From contig NC_058382.1 in NCBI RefSeq assembly GCF_018350175.1, forward strand, positions 56,298,001-56,362,000: a stretch of 64,000 nucleotides of DNA, read 5' to 3'. This DNA comes from Felis catus (lineage: Eukaryota). Position 1 is the stretch's first letter, and each line of letters starts with the position of its first letter. Positions 27,051 through 40,288 of the stretch are shown here, piece after piece. Position numbers and translations under genes: made by a program. The notes under the pieces were generated by a model. That model searched no databases and was not told the origin of the DNA. It worked only from the letters and a program-made list of their open reading frames with translations.

Positions 27051-27271
27051 CAGGGGTTAACTAACCATGGCCCATGGGCCAAATATGACCCACTGCCTGA
27101 TTTTATCATTAAAGTTTCACTAGAACACAGCCATGCCCATCCATTGATATACTGTCTATGGCTGCTTTGGTGTAATGGCAGAGTTGAGTAATTTCAACAC
27201 AAACAGCCTGGCCTACAAAGCCCAAAATACTTGTTCTTTGATCATTTACAGACACAATTTGCTAACCCTTG
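27051..27271 (+). mobile_element. MER58A hAT-Charlie MITE, full length
   Basis: TIRs caggggttaactaac / tttgctaacccttg and internal atggcccatgggccaaat...gaacacagccatgcccat. Confidence 0.85.
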
Positions 27272-27959
27272 TCTTAGAGTTTGCACTCTAGATTCAGATC
27301 TAATTATACACTTGGTCAAATATCACAGCAGTCAGTGCGGTGGGCATCAAACCCATTCTACAGATGTGTAAACTAAGGCACACAGCTTATAATGGCAGGG
27401 GATAATTCCTGCCCGTTAACACCTCATCGCACATGTAATCATTAGCTCATAGCCTTTCAGTTCTCCATAAATGTTACTTTATAAGGATCTTTTCCGTTGT
27501 ATAATTAATGTCCTGGCTATATTATTTAATCATCACTCACTAAGCACCTGCTGTGTGGCAGGCACTAGTCCAGCCACTAGGGCATAGCAGGGAACATAAG
27601 ACTTCCTATCGTCATAGAGTTTATATTCCAGGCTGTTATGCGTGTACCTAGGAGCTCCAGGGCCCTTAATCACACCCACCCACCTCATCACTTTGACTCG
27701 CCAAGCGCTGCCACTCCAACGGTGAACCACACAGATTGGTCTTTGTCCTGGAGGTGAGAGAAGGAGTTCATAGCCCCGTGGGAACTTGCCTTTAGGTCCC
27801 ATTCTTGATTTCTAGAATGTGATGTGAACTACCAATATCACGAGATGCAGTGTGATATCTTTTTTGCCATTCACTTCTATCTTATGACTTTGCTTTTAGG
27901 GCTGGAAATAGATGGGATCTGAGTCAACACTAACACAAAAGGTTTGAGGGATTATGCAG

Positions 27960-28125
27960 ACAAGTGCATCTCAGACTTTAAGGTGCCTGAGAATAAATCA
28001 CCTGGGATCTTGTAAAAATGGAGGTTCTAATTCCATGTGTCCAGGGTGGCGCCTACAGCTCAGCATTTCTAACAGGCTCATAGGTGATGCTCTAAGGACC
28101 GCACTATGAGTAGGAAGGTACCAGT
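27960..28125. mobile_element. MER5-like hAT MITE
   Basis: aatcacctgggatcttgtaaaaatg...gcatttctaacaggctcataggtgatgct. Confidence 0.7.
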
Positions 28126-28995
28126 CAACAGTCAGGTTCCTCTGAGATCCCTCAAACTTGATGCTGGAAGCAAGAAACATGGATGGATTCTCAAATTTAA
28201 AGGCTGGGGTTTGAGCAGCTAAACCCACCATAGATTGAAACTGTGATCACCCCATGTAGATGTGAGACCTTGGCTGGGAGTCGTCCTCCTCTCCCCTTCT
28301 CCCTATACCAATCACCAGTTTCCTCTCTCTCTCTCCTAGCTCCCTCGTTTCCCAGATTCCAGGCACCTCCTTGCCCCCAGCCCAACTTACAAGCATACTC
28401 TGTGGTTCAGACCACCCTAGCAAGACCCCTGTTAGAGATGCTAAGAATTTTTTTTTCTCTGTTCAAGTTCAAGTGAGGAAAGGCACAGACGAATCACTCT
28501 CAGTAATTCTGTCAGACTGAGTCTCAAGTCTTCCCAAGCCTTCCTGCTCAGACTGCACAAGCTAGTGATTAAAACTTAGAACAATAATTAGGCCTTTATT
28601 TTCAAAGCAGATTTGGTTTCCAGACCAGACTTCAACATTCATTACAATACAGACTAATAAAAACAAATCTGGGCACATATGCTTTTTATGCTTTTGTGTT
28701 GTAAAATCTATAACAGCATTAAAACAATTTTGAAAAAAAAGGTCATTCATATTCTCCCCACAAAATACTCTGTGGAACATTCCCTTCTGTTTCTCATCCA
28801 GATATATTGCATATATATACACATAGTTGATACACAAGTGTGCATTGTAATTTTTCCACTTATTAAGTGATCAACATTTTCTCTGTTGTCATATGATCTT
28901 ACTATTTTAAAGGCACACAGTATACCTTCCAGTTGACAAACCAAAATATCTGTAAACATTAAACAGTCCTTTGTGGAACATTTCAGTGGTTTTTT

Positions 28996-29200
28996 GTTTC
29001 TTTTCTTTTCTTTTCTTTTCTTTTCTTTTCTTTTCTTTTCTTTTCTTTTCTTTTCTTTCTTACTCTTTCTTTCTTTCTCTCTTTCTTTTGCTCTCTCTCT
29101 CTTTTCCCCCTTCCTTCCTTCCTTCCTTCCTTCCTTCCTTCCTTCCTTCCTTCCCTCCCTCCTCCCTTCCCCCCTTCCCTCCTTCCCTCTTTCCTCTCTT
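28996..29200 (+). repeat. (TTTTC)n / (CTTT) / (TTCC)n polypyrimidine tract within an old antisense L1 fragment
   Basis: Direct observation. Confidence 0.95.
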
Positions 29201-30697
29201 TTCTGGTTTTCCCCGCTTTGGACTCTTTGTTCCTTTCCCTACTTCCTCCTTTGTCATCTTCTGCTATCAGAAAAACAATGCTCTATGAACATTTGATATT
29301 CTTTTATCATAAGGTGAGTTATTTCTTTAGCATATATTCTCAGCTAGTAGGAGCAGGAGCATTTTCCCCCTTCTATGTATTTTGAGAAGCCCAGTGGCCA
29401 AATCAGTAAGGTATTGACATTTTCTATAAAAAATCTCAAAGGATGACACCCTAAACACATTTTATGTCCACCAGGCCAAGTGAATAACTAACTCTGATGC
29501 TAATTCCAGCCCCTTATAACTGCATTCATTCCTGGGGCTATTGGAATGAGTCCTGACTGAAAAAGCTAAGGTGGCTCAAACCAGGTCCTGATATTCGGCT
29601 CAGCCACTAGGTCTTGGGTTGGTCTTACACAAGTTTCTTTCTAATACTACTCTTCTCTAAACTTGCACTTTAGGTATTAATGCTTCAACACATAAAATTA
29701 TCCTGAAGGGTTAATCCACTGGAATATTAGCTTATTGAAGGAAGGAATTTTTTTTAATCTACCTGATTCACTCCTGTATCCCAAGCATCTAGAACACTGT
29801 GTGGCACACGGTGGGTGTTCAATAAATGATGGTTTCATGAATCATTATAAAAAACCGTAAGATCAGAAACAGTCTAGAAAAAGGAAAGAAATCTTTACTT
29901 TAAAGCAGTGGCTCTTAAGCCTTCTGAGAATAAGTATATCCCTTACATCTGTGTGCTAACAGATACAACCGCACAAATGATTTCAGTAGGTCCACAGAAT
30001 CTGGAAAATTTTCCATGGACACCAGGCAATATGAATCCCTGGTGTAAAAGGACCTCTAAGTTCTAATTCATTTGACATCATCCTACCAAGTAGAAGAACT
30101 TTGAAATAGTAAGAAATCCATACCTTATGGCACCTTCGATCTTTAGATAGGCACTATTATTCTCATTTTATAGAAGCAACTCTTGGTCTCAGAAAGATTG
30201 AAAAGACCTATTCAAAGTGACACAATTATTAAGTATGGAGCAGGGACTAGAACTGAGGTCTAATTCAAGTCCAGCCTGCTTTGAGTTAACTGCTTCCCAT
30301 TCCTCCTGCGTTAATACGCACAACCTTTGTCTTCTTAGCATTTGATTGATGGTTATTGTTAGTGCAGATAATTTGGGCTCCCTTGTAATGATCAAGACGT
30401 TTTCTCAAGGCAAGGTCTCAGATGATTAGGACAAGGCAGGTGCTAATGCCATTCTCAGCTTCATCTGGAAATTTCTAACTAGAGTTCATTAACTTGTCAG
30501 CCCTGGTTCCCTCTGAGCACCATACTGATATAATAAAATAGTGCAAATCGATAGATACCTTAAACCAGCTTCATCTGTCTTCCTTTGTTCGTAATTTTTT
30601 TCTTTCTTCTTTTATTTCTCCTTTCTTTCTCTGCCACTTTAAAAGTAAAATTGTGCCCCTTATTGGCTGTGCAATTCTGTTTTCAGTATGCCTTTTT

Positions 30698-30920
30698 AAA
30701 AAAAAATTTTTTTTAATGTTTAATTATTTTTGACAGAGAGAAAGAGAGACAGAGCATGAGTGGGGGAGGGGCAGAGAGAGAGGGAGACACAGAATCCAAA
30801 GCAGGCTCCAGGCTGTGAGCTGTCAGCAGAGAACCCGGTGCGGGGCTCCAACTCACAGACCGCAAAATCATGACCTGAGCCGAAGTCAGACACTCCACCG
30901 ACTGAGCCACCCAGGCTCCC
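30698..30920 (-). mobile_element. Can-SINE
   Basis: Reverse SINEC with TSD cagtatgcctttt / cagtatacctttt. Confidence 0.95.
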
Positions 30921-32969
30921 CAGTATACCTTTTGAGCTATTGGAAATCCAGGCACACCCAGCTTTTCCCAAAAACACCTCTTATTACCCCCAAATAGTAG
31001 GAAACTAACCTTATCTAGACTCACTCAGCAAATCTAGACTGTCCTTTGAGATTGCAAATCTAGTAAATTAATTTTCCTTAAGTATAACATGACTCAGTGA
31101 CTATGTGGGTGAAGATCTGAAAGTTTTGCAGAACGGTTTTACTTACAGAATTAGTGGTAATACTGTTTTTGGTGAAGCTTTGTACAGAAAGAAGCTAAGT
31201 AATTTTCTGAGTTGACAGGGGAAGGCATTGTGGTTAGGAGCTGTTGATGGGAATGTGAGGGTAAGGATGGTTAGCAAAGTGCCTTATTTCTTTCTTCTTC
31301 CTTGATGTTGCTCACTTAGTTTTCTTGGGGACTCCAATTCCATCTACAAAAGAAACAAACACACCTTGCCTATTCTGGGTGAGATTAACTTCTTGTTCTT
31401 TGTCCTCCCCATTCTCAGTTTCCATCTTCTCCAACGCTTATAACATTGGATTAATTGACTCTATAACATGGATTTCTCCATGTGGACACATTTTTATTTG
31501 TTCTGAGGAAATGCCGTGGTTGCTTTATTTTGCTGATTTCTTAGCAACATCATGGGAACCAGCCCAATCATCATGAGCTGTACCATGGGTCCACAGCTCT
31601 CTCTCCGAAAGCAGCCAGAAACCAAACATTACCCAGGAAAGAAAGCTCTTTCAATGGTCTGCAGCTGGTGTGGGCATACTTTGACAATTTTCCTGCTCCT
31701 GGAGAACTTATCCAACACCTCCTAGAATATGAGATGGAAAGCATCCTCTCAGTACCATAGCTAAAGGATCAATCATGGAAATGAAGGTACAATTACAGAC
31801 AAATCATCCCTAGGCTACGACCGCACTCCACGAACATTTTATTTTCATCATGACTCATGATTTCAATTTTTGGGACTGGGAGTCTGCTGAATCCCAATTA
31901 AAATCCTTAACATGAGAGCCTGTGCTTTACAGACATGTGTCAATGTGTTTAGTGAATTTGGGTTTAATCTCCTTGGATTGACCACAGTTGTGAGCTGGTA
32001 GGGGACTGGTGAGATTGCATATGTAAATGATGCTATGCTAATCAAGGGTGGTATTTTCTCTTTTACTTTTGATCTACAGAAAGAGTAGATTCAAGACTAA
32101 TGTTCAATTTGCACTTGAAAATGATGGTTTTTACACCAGGGTTCTTAATATCTGAGTTTTAGTTGAAAGGAGAAAGTGCCCATGCCTTTGAAAGTCAGGA
32201 CCATGCTAAAGCATTTTCCAATATCATAAAAAAAATCGTCTGAACATCTTTGACAATAAAAAATCTTAATCTTGTCCTTTGAATAATATAAAGATTGAGT
32301 ATAACCTCTGGAGAAATATTGATACAGACTCAAATCAATATGCCCCCACTTGTCACTGCTTCTCCTCATGCTTTGGACAAATTGCTTAACCTTGCTAAGT
32401 CTCAGTTTTTGCTCAACAAAAGTTGATATTACCATATAGATGGGTGATTCAGTTGACTTTGCTTTTATCATTAAAAAGAAGAATTTAGTCTAAGAGACAT
32501 GAAACATTTCTACACATACATACACACAGCCCAAGACCTTTTAAAGTTCATGTAAAAAGAAAGCATAATTCTTGGCAATGCAATAGATTTGCCTTGCATC
32601 TCTTACAACATTGGTCTTCTCTTCTGAGCTTGGCCCTTTGTATACCTCAAAAAGACTTAATTGTGTTCAACATGATAGGGTTACTGTCATATACAGCATT
32701 TCTCTTCCTTAAAAAAATAAGAATTTGCATGCAGAAAAGTCAAAGAATCAGTGTAAACATGCAGGATCAAAGTCTATAAGGTAATTAACCATTTACAACT
32801 GCCGCAGGGTTACTGTAGCAGGTCTTGACGGGTGATCTCACTGGTACATCCAATTCCCCACCAATTGCTAGGGGCATTCTGGCCACCTTAGTGATAATTT
32901 CGTCCTCCCTAACTTCCACAGCTTAAGTAGTATTTGGGACCAAACCTAAAAGCATGGCATTAAGAAACA

Positions 32970-33660
32970 TTCTTTGGTCATTTTAGTGGTTGCATGGGGA
33001 TTTATAGTGTATGTCTTCAACTTATCACAGTTTGCCTTCCAATAACATCAGCACTGTACATGTAGTGTAAGAATCTTACAACAGTGTACTTCCATTTTCC
33101 CCTTATCCCACCTTTGCAGTATTGCTGTTACACATTTTACTTTATTATATGTTGTAAATAAACCTCATAATACATTGTTATTATTTCTGCCTTAAATAGT
33201 CAGCTACTTCTTCAAGGCATATTTTAAAAAATAAGAAAAAAAGTCACCTTTCCTATATATCCACCGTTTCTTGGGTCCTTCCTTCCTTTGTGTGGACCCG
33301 TATTTCCATCTGGTATCACTTTCCTTCCAGCTGAAGGACTATTAAATGTTTTTTATGGTGGTGTTCTGCTCGTGGTGAATTCTTTCACCTTTGGAATATC
33401 TGAAAGTCTTTATTTCACCTCCAACTTTGGGGGATATTTTCCCTGGGTTTAGAATTCTGAATGGAATTTCTTTTTTCTTTGAGTATTTTAAAGGTTTGCT
33501 CCATAGTCTTTTGACTTGCATTGTTTCTGACAAGACATCTGCTGTCATCCTTATCTTTTCTTCCTCTGTTCCTAATGTGTCTTTTTTCCTCTAGCTGCTC
33601 TTAAGATTTTATTTTTCTTACTGGTTTGAAACATTTTGATTATGATAAGAAACATTTTGA
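32970..33660 (-). mobile_element. Old L1M fragment covering the ORF1 C-terminal half
   Basis: Translations KILRAARGKK and MTADVLSETMQVKRLW...FRILNPGKISPKVGGEIKTF match L1 ORF1p motifs and are frameshifted. Confidence 0.85.
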
Positions 33661-33934
33661 GGGGTGAATCAAGAGAGTATTGAAACAGATAAGATGTCAG
33701 CCCTAGGAAAAGAGGTAAAATAAACATGGGCCTGCACAGATTAATTGAAACCGATAGCTGCTTCTTTAAGGTCAGTACCAACTATCTTTTCTGGTGGAGG
33801 AGAGATAGCACTGCAGAATGTACCCCATAAAAGAAAAGTAATATCTAACACTTGAGGAACACCATATAGACATACACAATATGCATATACGTGCATACAT
33901 GTACATGTGTATACACAAACACACACTTTTTATA

Positions 33935-34105
33935 GCTACAACAGTCCTGCAGTTGTAGGTACTAATATAATCTCCATTTTATACATATTAAAACTGTGGC
34001 ACAGAATGGTCGAACAATTTTAGCACAAAGCCAGTAAGTGGCAGAGCTAGGATCTGAATACAAACCATCAATTTAGCAGTCGTGCCTTCATCTCCTGTTC
34101 TAAAC
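33935..34105 (-). mobile_element. MIR
   Basis: ctccattttatac...aaactgtggcacaga...cagtaagtggcagagctaggat. Confidence 0.65.
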
Positions 34106-34307
34106 TACTTCTTCCAGTAGATGACAGCCAAGTATACCAACAGGAAGATATTGATAGATCCAGAGAGCTCCTGTGTTAAAAATATGCTATGTTGAAGCAG
34201 GAAAAGAATGTTGTTTCTTGGACATACGTGATTCTAGTCACAGGGCAATTATCTTCTGTCTGATCTCTGGCTTAGATACTGAAGTTACTTCAGATGAAAA
34301 ATGTCCA

Positions 34308-34527
34308 GGGATGCCTGGTTGCTCAGTCAGTTAAGTGTCCAGCTTCGGCTCAGGACACGATCTCCCAGTTTGTGAGTTTGGGCCCCGTGTCGGGCTCTGT
34401 GCTGACAGCTCAGAGCCTGGAGCCTGCTTTGGATTCTGTGTCTCCCGCTCTCTCCCCCTCCCCTGCTCGCTTGCTCTCTCTCTTTCTCTCTGTCAAAATA
34501 ATTAATAAACATTAAAAATTTTTAAAA
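34308..34527 (+). mobile_element. Can-SINE
   Basis: SINEC head, body and tail. Confidence 0.95.
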
Positions 34528-34884
34528 ACAGATAGTTTCCATAATCTTAATGGCAAGACTTATAGCTGGACAGCATAGTGGACTATGAAGATCCTACTCA
34601 CTGGTGTTTCTCCAGTGTGTCCAACAGAAGACAGAACTTCTGCAGGTGAAATGGAAGGAGTTCACAAGCATGTTTGGACTCATGTGTCATTCTGGACAGC
34701 ATAAAAGACAGGACATAAAACCAAAATTCTTGCTAATCTCTCTGGCCTACTGTACTGATAATGATGGCCGTCACTTAGTGAGACTCTTCGAGGAGCAAAG
34801 TGCTTTACTTTTATTACTTTTGATCCTTAGGACATCAACCTACACTATGACTATGCCAAACGTTATGCTTCTTTTAATGCTGAG

Positions 34885-35050
34885 CCACTTGCAAATTACT
34901 TAACCTCCCTGTCCCTTAGCTTCTTCATCTGCATCGTAAGATTAATAATAGTAACTACCAGCATGCTATTTTGAGGATTAAATGAAATGACCCGTCTGTA
35001 ACGTGTACCTGGAGCATGGCAAACTCCAGTAAGTGTAAGATGGTGGTACT
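34885..35050 (+). mobile_element. MIR
   Basis: ttacttaacctccctgtcccttagcttcttcatctg...tgaggattaaatga. Confidence 0.7.
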
Positions 35051-35131
35051 GTTGTCTCAGTTGTTTTCTCCTACTTTCTTTGATTCCCGCTTTGTCTATC
35101 CAAACCTTAACCATCCTGCAAAAACAGTTCA

Positions 35132-35340
35132 GGGACGCCTGGGTGGCTCAGTCGGTTAAGCGGCCGACTTCGGCTCAGGTCATGATCTCGCGGTCCGTGA
35201 GTTCGAGCCCCGCGTCGGGCTCTGTGCTGACAGCTCAGAGCCTGGAGCCTGCTTCCGATTCTGTGTCTCCCTCTCTCTGACCCTCCCCCGTTCATGCTCT
35301 GTCTCTCTCTTTCTCAAAAATAAATAAACGTTAAAAAAAA
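35132..35340 (+). mobile_element. Young Can-SINE (SINEC_Fc)
   Basis: CpG-intact body with TSD aaaaacagttca. Confidence 0.97.
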
Positions 35341-35477
35341 AAAAACAGTTCAGTATTCAGCCAACTATCCGGATTGCTCTGCTCAGGCATAACCTCTGTT
35401 TCTGCTAACAGTCAATACACACAGCTTAGCGTCTCGTTGGATTTTATGACTCCGCATAGGCTCCTTTTGCCTTCTCT

Positions 35478-36085
35478 ATTCAATTCACTATTCGCTCAAT
35501 TCATATGTCATTTGAGCACTTACCAGGTACCAAGAACTGTTCTGGTTTATTAGGATTAGAATAGTAAATTAGAAAAGTAAAAATCAGATCCCTGCCTCAC
35601 AGGTCTTATTTGTTGGTCTGGGGATGAGGGGGAGAGAGAAAAAATATATGTAAATAAAATATGTCGTATGTGAGATGGTGACAGGGATATGGATATAAAT
35701 AAATCATGGAAGGAAAGTAGTTAGTTCTGAGGGAAATCTTGCAATTTTGGATATTGGGTCCTGGGAAGGACTTGACTGATGTAAGAATACAAGTCACTGA
35801 GACCCAGATGTAGAACGTTCTTGGGTGGAGTACAGCAAGTGCCAAGGCCCTAAGGTAGGAATGTTTGTGATCAAAGAACATCACGGAGGTTAATGCCAGT
35901 GGAACGGAATCAGTAAAGGGTAGACTTGTAGGCAACATGGTTGGAAGATGAACGGCATGGAGCAGATTATATAGGGCCTCACATGCCCTTATAAGGGTTT
36001 TGCCTTTCACTCTGATAAGATGGGGAGCCACTGGACTTCCTGAGCAAAGGAATGACTGAGACAGGCATCATGCCTTATAAATAAA
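35478..36085 (-). mobile_element. L2 fragment
   Basis: tttgagcacttaccaggtacca...gccaaggccctaaggtagga...gatggggagccactgga. Confidence 0.75.
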
Positions 36086-36475
36086 TGATGAGCCAATGTT
36101 GAAATGGAATTTGGAGTTGGCAAAGCATTCTTACATCCCTCATGGGAGTTCTGTGTGGGCAGGATCACCCCACCCATCACATAGGTGAGGAAATTGGTGC
36201 TCTCAGAAAAGTAGTAAATTCCAGAATGTCCTGCAGCCATGGGGGCAGAGGCAAGATAGAAACCAAGATTCCCCAGCTTCCAGTCTGAGAAGCCCTTCTA
36301 CAGCAGGCAGATGCTGAGTCCCACTTGGGTTCTGGGGTTGAAACCCATGGTCCTACAGTTTTCTTCACCATTTCCCAGACCCACCTCCTCTGGGTTCTTC
36401 CCCTCCTGTGTCTAACAAACATTAATACCCCACTGGGGAAAAAACTTAGTGCTTGCTCATCCCAGGTGGGCAGTG

Positions 36476-36652
36476 CCAGGGCAGAACAGACGTGACAGTA
36501 CCTTCAAGTGAATTAGAAACAGCCATTCCCTCAAGGGTCACAGTCCCCATGGGCATATGGCTACATAACACAAGGTGAATTTCAGCCCTTGCCCACCTCC
36601 TCCAAGGGCCTTTGTGCAGTGCACATCCTTCACCACTGTAAACGTCAGCCTG
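36476..36652. mobile_element. MER91-like hAT-Tip100 MITE
   Basis: Terminal tgtgcagtgcacatccttcaccactgtaaacgtcagcctg. Confidence 0.5.
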
Positions 36653-37103
36653 ACACCTCTTCATGATTTTTGTGATGTGATGTGATCACATAACATAGTG
36701 GAAGTCGCATAATAGGTACTCAGTGAATCGTGGCTGATTGAATTCCTTCTCATTTTTCACCTTCCAATATGACTAAGATGGGAAAGGATATAAATTATTT
36801 CACATATATTTATTGAACACCTACTGTATGCAGGCACTAGTCCAGGAGCTGGGGATACAACTACACTAGACTGATGCAAAAAAATCCTGCATTTATGGGG
36901 CTCACATTCTAGTGGAGGACATGGGCAATAAATGAATCAGTTTAAGTACATTAGATTGTCACCTTGCAAAGAAGAGAAAAATAAAGCATGGAAAAGAGGG
37001 TGTGAAGTTTTAGTGAGAGAGAAATACAGGCAAGAGTGGCCGGAGCCAGCATCGTGAGGACAGTGGCTCTTGAATAAAGACCTGAATGGAGTGGAATCAG
37101 CAC

Positions 37104-37767
37104 TGTGGCAGGCAGAGCAGTGGCCCCAAGACACCCACATCCCAACCCCTGGGACCTGTGAACATCACCTGATAGGTCAATAGAGCCTGACAGTCAATTA
37201 ATGCTGATGTGATTAAGTTAAGGATTTTGAGGTTGGGAGATGATGCTGGATTATCCTAGGGGGCCTAACACAATCACAAGAGAGCCACAGAGAGGTTTGA
37301 AGATGCTGTGGGGCCAGGAGCCAAGAGATGTAGGTAGAGGTTCTAGCAGGTGGGAAGGCAAGGAAACACATTCTTCTCTAGAACCTCAGGAAGAAACACA
37401 GCCTTGAAAACACCTTGATTTCAGTCCAGTGAGACCTGTTTGAGATGTCTGACCCCAAGGAACAGAAGATAACTGTGTGTTGTTTTAAGCCACTGTTTTT
37501 TGTTTTTTAAATTTTTAACATTTATTCACCTTTGAGACAGAGAGAACAGAGCATGAGCTGGGGAGGGGCAGAGAGAGAGGGAGACAGAATCCAAAGCAGG
37601 CTTCAGGCTCTGAGCTGTCAGTGCAGAGTCCGACGCGGGGCTTGAACTCACTATGAGATCATGACCTGAGCCAAAGTCAGATGCTTAAAAGACTGAGCCA
37701 CCCAGGTGCCCTGTTCTAAGCCACTGTTGATTGTAATATGTTATAGCAGCAATAGGAAACTAATACA
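37104..37767 (+). mobile_element. MaLR solo LTR (MLT1D-like) containing a SINE
   Basis: TG...CA termini: tgtggcaggcagagcagtggcccc ... gcagcaataggaaactaataca. Confidence 0.85.
37498..37711 (-). mobile_element. Can-SINE
   Basis: TSD tgttttaagccactgtt / tgttctaagccactgtt. Confidence 0.95.
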
Positions 37768-38309
37768 GTGACTCCGTAAGTATCTGTAGGGAAAAGCATT
37801 CCAGGCGGGAAGAGCAGGAGGTGCAAAGGCCCTGAGGTATATTTCAGGCAACTAGACTGGGCCAGAGTAATTCAGGGGCACTGGAGGTCACAGGAGGCAG
37901 GGGGCAAATTACGTAAAACACTATAGGTTAGTACAAAGACATTGGTTTTACTCCAAGCGCTAGGAGCCCCACTGGCAGCTATGAAGCAGAAGAGTGACAT
38001 CATCCAGTTCGTGTTTTAACAGGACCACCCTGGCCACTGGGTACGTGGAATGGGGGCTGTTGAGGAAAGGGCAGAAACTAGGGGACCAATATAATCCAGG
38101 CCAAAGGGGATGTCGGCAAGAACCAGGGTGGTGGCCATTGGGGGAGGGTTGGGAAGTGAGAAACAGTCAAATTCTGAACATATTTTGAAACTGGAGCTCA
38201 CTTAACCAGATAAAGGATAAATGTGATACATATAAATTTAACTGGAAAAGATCCTGAATAAAATTATTTTAGTAACTAAAACTGTACCATGTAAAGATAG
38301 CACATGTAG

Positions 38310-38550
38310 GAGGCAAGAGGTAGCATGGGTAACAGTCCAGGCTCCGAACAGAACAGTCTGGGTTCAAGTCCTGGGCTCCTCACTCACCAGCAATATGTCT
38401 TTGGGCAAGGTGTTTACCCTTCCTGGGCCTCAGCTTTCTCATCTGTAGCATAGAAGTGTAACAGCACTGGCATCACAGAGATTGTATGAGTATTCGTGGA
38501 GAAAAAAAGTGTTTGTAAGACTTAGTGTCTAATTCCTGGTAAGCTCAGAC
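38310..38550 (+). mobile_element. MIR (near full length)
   Basis: ctgggttcaagtcctggg...ttgggcaagg...cctcagctttctcatctgta. Confidence 0.8.
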
Positions 38551-40288
38551 AGTGTTCTCTCTCATCATTTAGAATTTGCTGATTTTCAAAGCTATTTTCC
38601 TATTTGTAAAACGCGTGAAGAATTTAGTGTGAAGTATTTGAAAACAAATGCAAGCACTCCCCTCCTGTGGGGCAAGTTCACAGAGTAGCTGGGATGCCAA
38701 CATATTTCTCTTGGTCCCATAATAGATTTTTCTGAGCTCCATTATCAAATAGTTTCTGTAGTTGTCAATCCTGACTTTGAAAGAGGAGTCTGATCCTTCG
38801 GTCTTTTAAGATGGAATGAGTATCGCATGGCAACTGAATATTTATGTCACGCTCTCCTCTCTTCAAGGACTTGTTGTTTTACCATCCTGACATCAAAACC
38901 TGTGGGCCCAGGGAAACTTCAGATGTTGGAGAATATCAAACGTGGTCTTTCTCTCCCCTCTTTCCTGGTGGATCTGACGCACCTTTGAACCTTCAAAGGC
39001 CGTGGTAATCAATGATGTGGGGCAACACGTGACAGTGCATGCATCATCGTGAAGCTGCATTTATTCATGGAAAGTGCAGAGTGTGGAATAGTGGTTGCCC
39101 CTGAATTAAAACGTGAGGATCTGTAATCCAGTGAAAACCACAGAACAAAGGGAGGAGAGAGACACTTTGCTGACTGGGGACTTCACTGAAGAGAGCCACA
39201 TAAAAGGCAGATTACTGCTTAAGTAGGTTAATGTAACCCTGGTGTCTTAATTAAAATGTCTTTAACAAAAGGAGAAGAGGAATAGCCCTGGAAGTTTGGG
39301 GGAGGCGCCAATGAAAGGGAAGAAATTTCCATTAAATATTGAGAATAACTCCCTAAGCAAAACAGTCTTGAATTTCAGTAGTGAAGGATATTTAAAAATC
39401 GTTTGGACAAAGGAGGCAATTGGCTTTGGCGGCCAGCGTGGGAAATGGCAAATTTTAGAGTCTGCAGCCACAACATCACGAAGTTCATGACCAAAAATAA
39501 AGCAAGGGGATAAAAATGGGAGGAACAAGGATGTCAAAAACACCAAATCCAGAGACTGAGTTCTGGTCATGAGTACTTGCTTTCCTTAAATGCCAGGACA
39601 CTGCTTCACATTTCCTCCCCCCGTTCCAGATTCTGAAACAGATGCACGCCATTCCAAAGGGGAGGATTGTTTTCACCCCTCTCATTGGGGAAGCTTGATT
39701 TGGGGCCCTCCATTCCCTGAATCACCATAAGATTTGGCCTAAGAAGCTGGGTTTTACCTCAGATGAGAAACTAAAGAATCCTCTGCTTTTATATTTGATA
39801 AAGTCATACACTGGGTTTCTCAGATTCCATCCTACAACAGCCCAGTGACATCTGTCAGCGTGCATTTTCTCCTGCAGGCAGGCACACTTGAGGTCAAGCC
39901 TCATTGTGGGGTGGCTGTGCCACTGACATCCGCAGCCGGCACCGTCTTCTTCCAGTTAATGAGGCGATTCGGCTGCAGGGGAGAGAACGGGCGTCCCTTC
40001 CAACCTTATGATTAAATTCATCAGGTGTTAAGTGAAATGCAAGGTTCTTCTCGGAGGTCGCCCTAAGGAACGGAAAGGTCAAAAACTCCCTTGGGAAAAG
40101 AAGAAAAGGGCTATTATCCGTTTTCCATCTGATACTAGATAGCATTTATTAAACAGGTAAATATTTATTAAATAGCCAACCTTTGTTAAAGTTTAGAGAA
40201 TGAGGCCTGCACTTGCATACTAATGGGACTGGCAGAAGAAACTGGAAGTTAATAGGAACTATCCAGAAACCTCCATCTAAATTGAGGC

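Larger units (their letters stand above)
36795..38225 (-). mobile_element. L2 fragment interrupted by an MLT1D LTR
   Basis: atatttattgaacacctactgtatgcaggcact at the start, resuming gggaaaagcattccaggc...tgcaaaggccctgagg after the LTR. Confidence 0.75.

Noticed and set aside
28971..29296. F/S/L/P-rich ORFs resembling membrane proteins
   Set aside because: Translations of simple repeats.
33342..33781. ORFs with L1 ORF1p similarity (possible domesticated gene)
   Set aside because: Frameshifted, truncated fragments of an old antisense L1.
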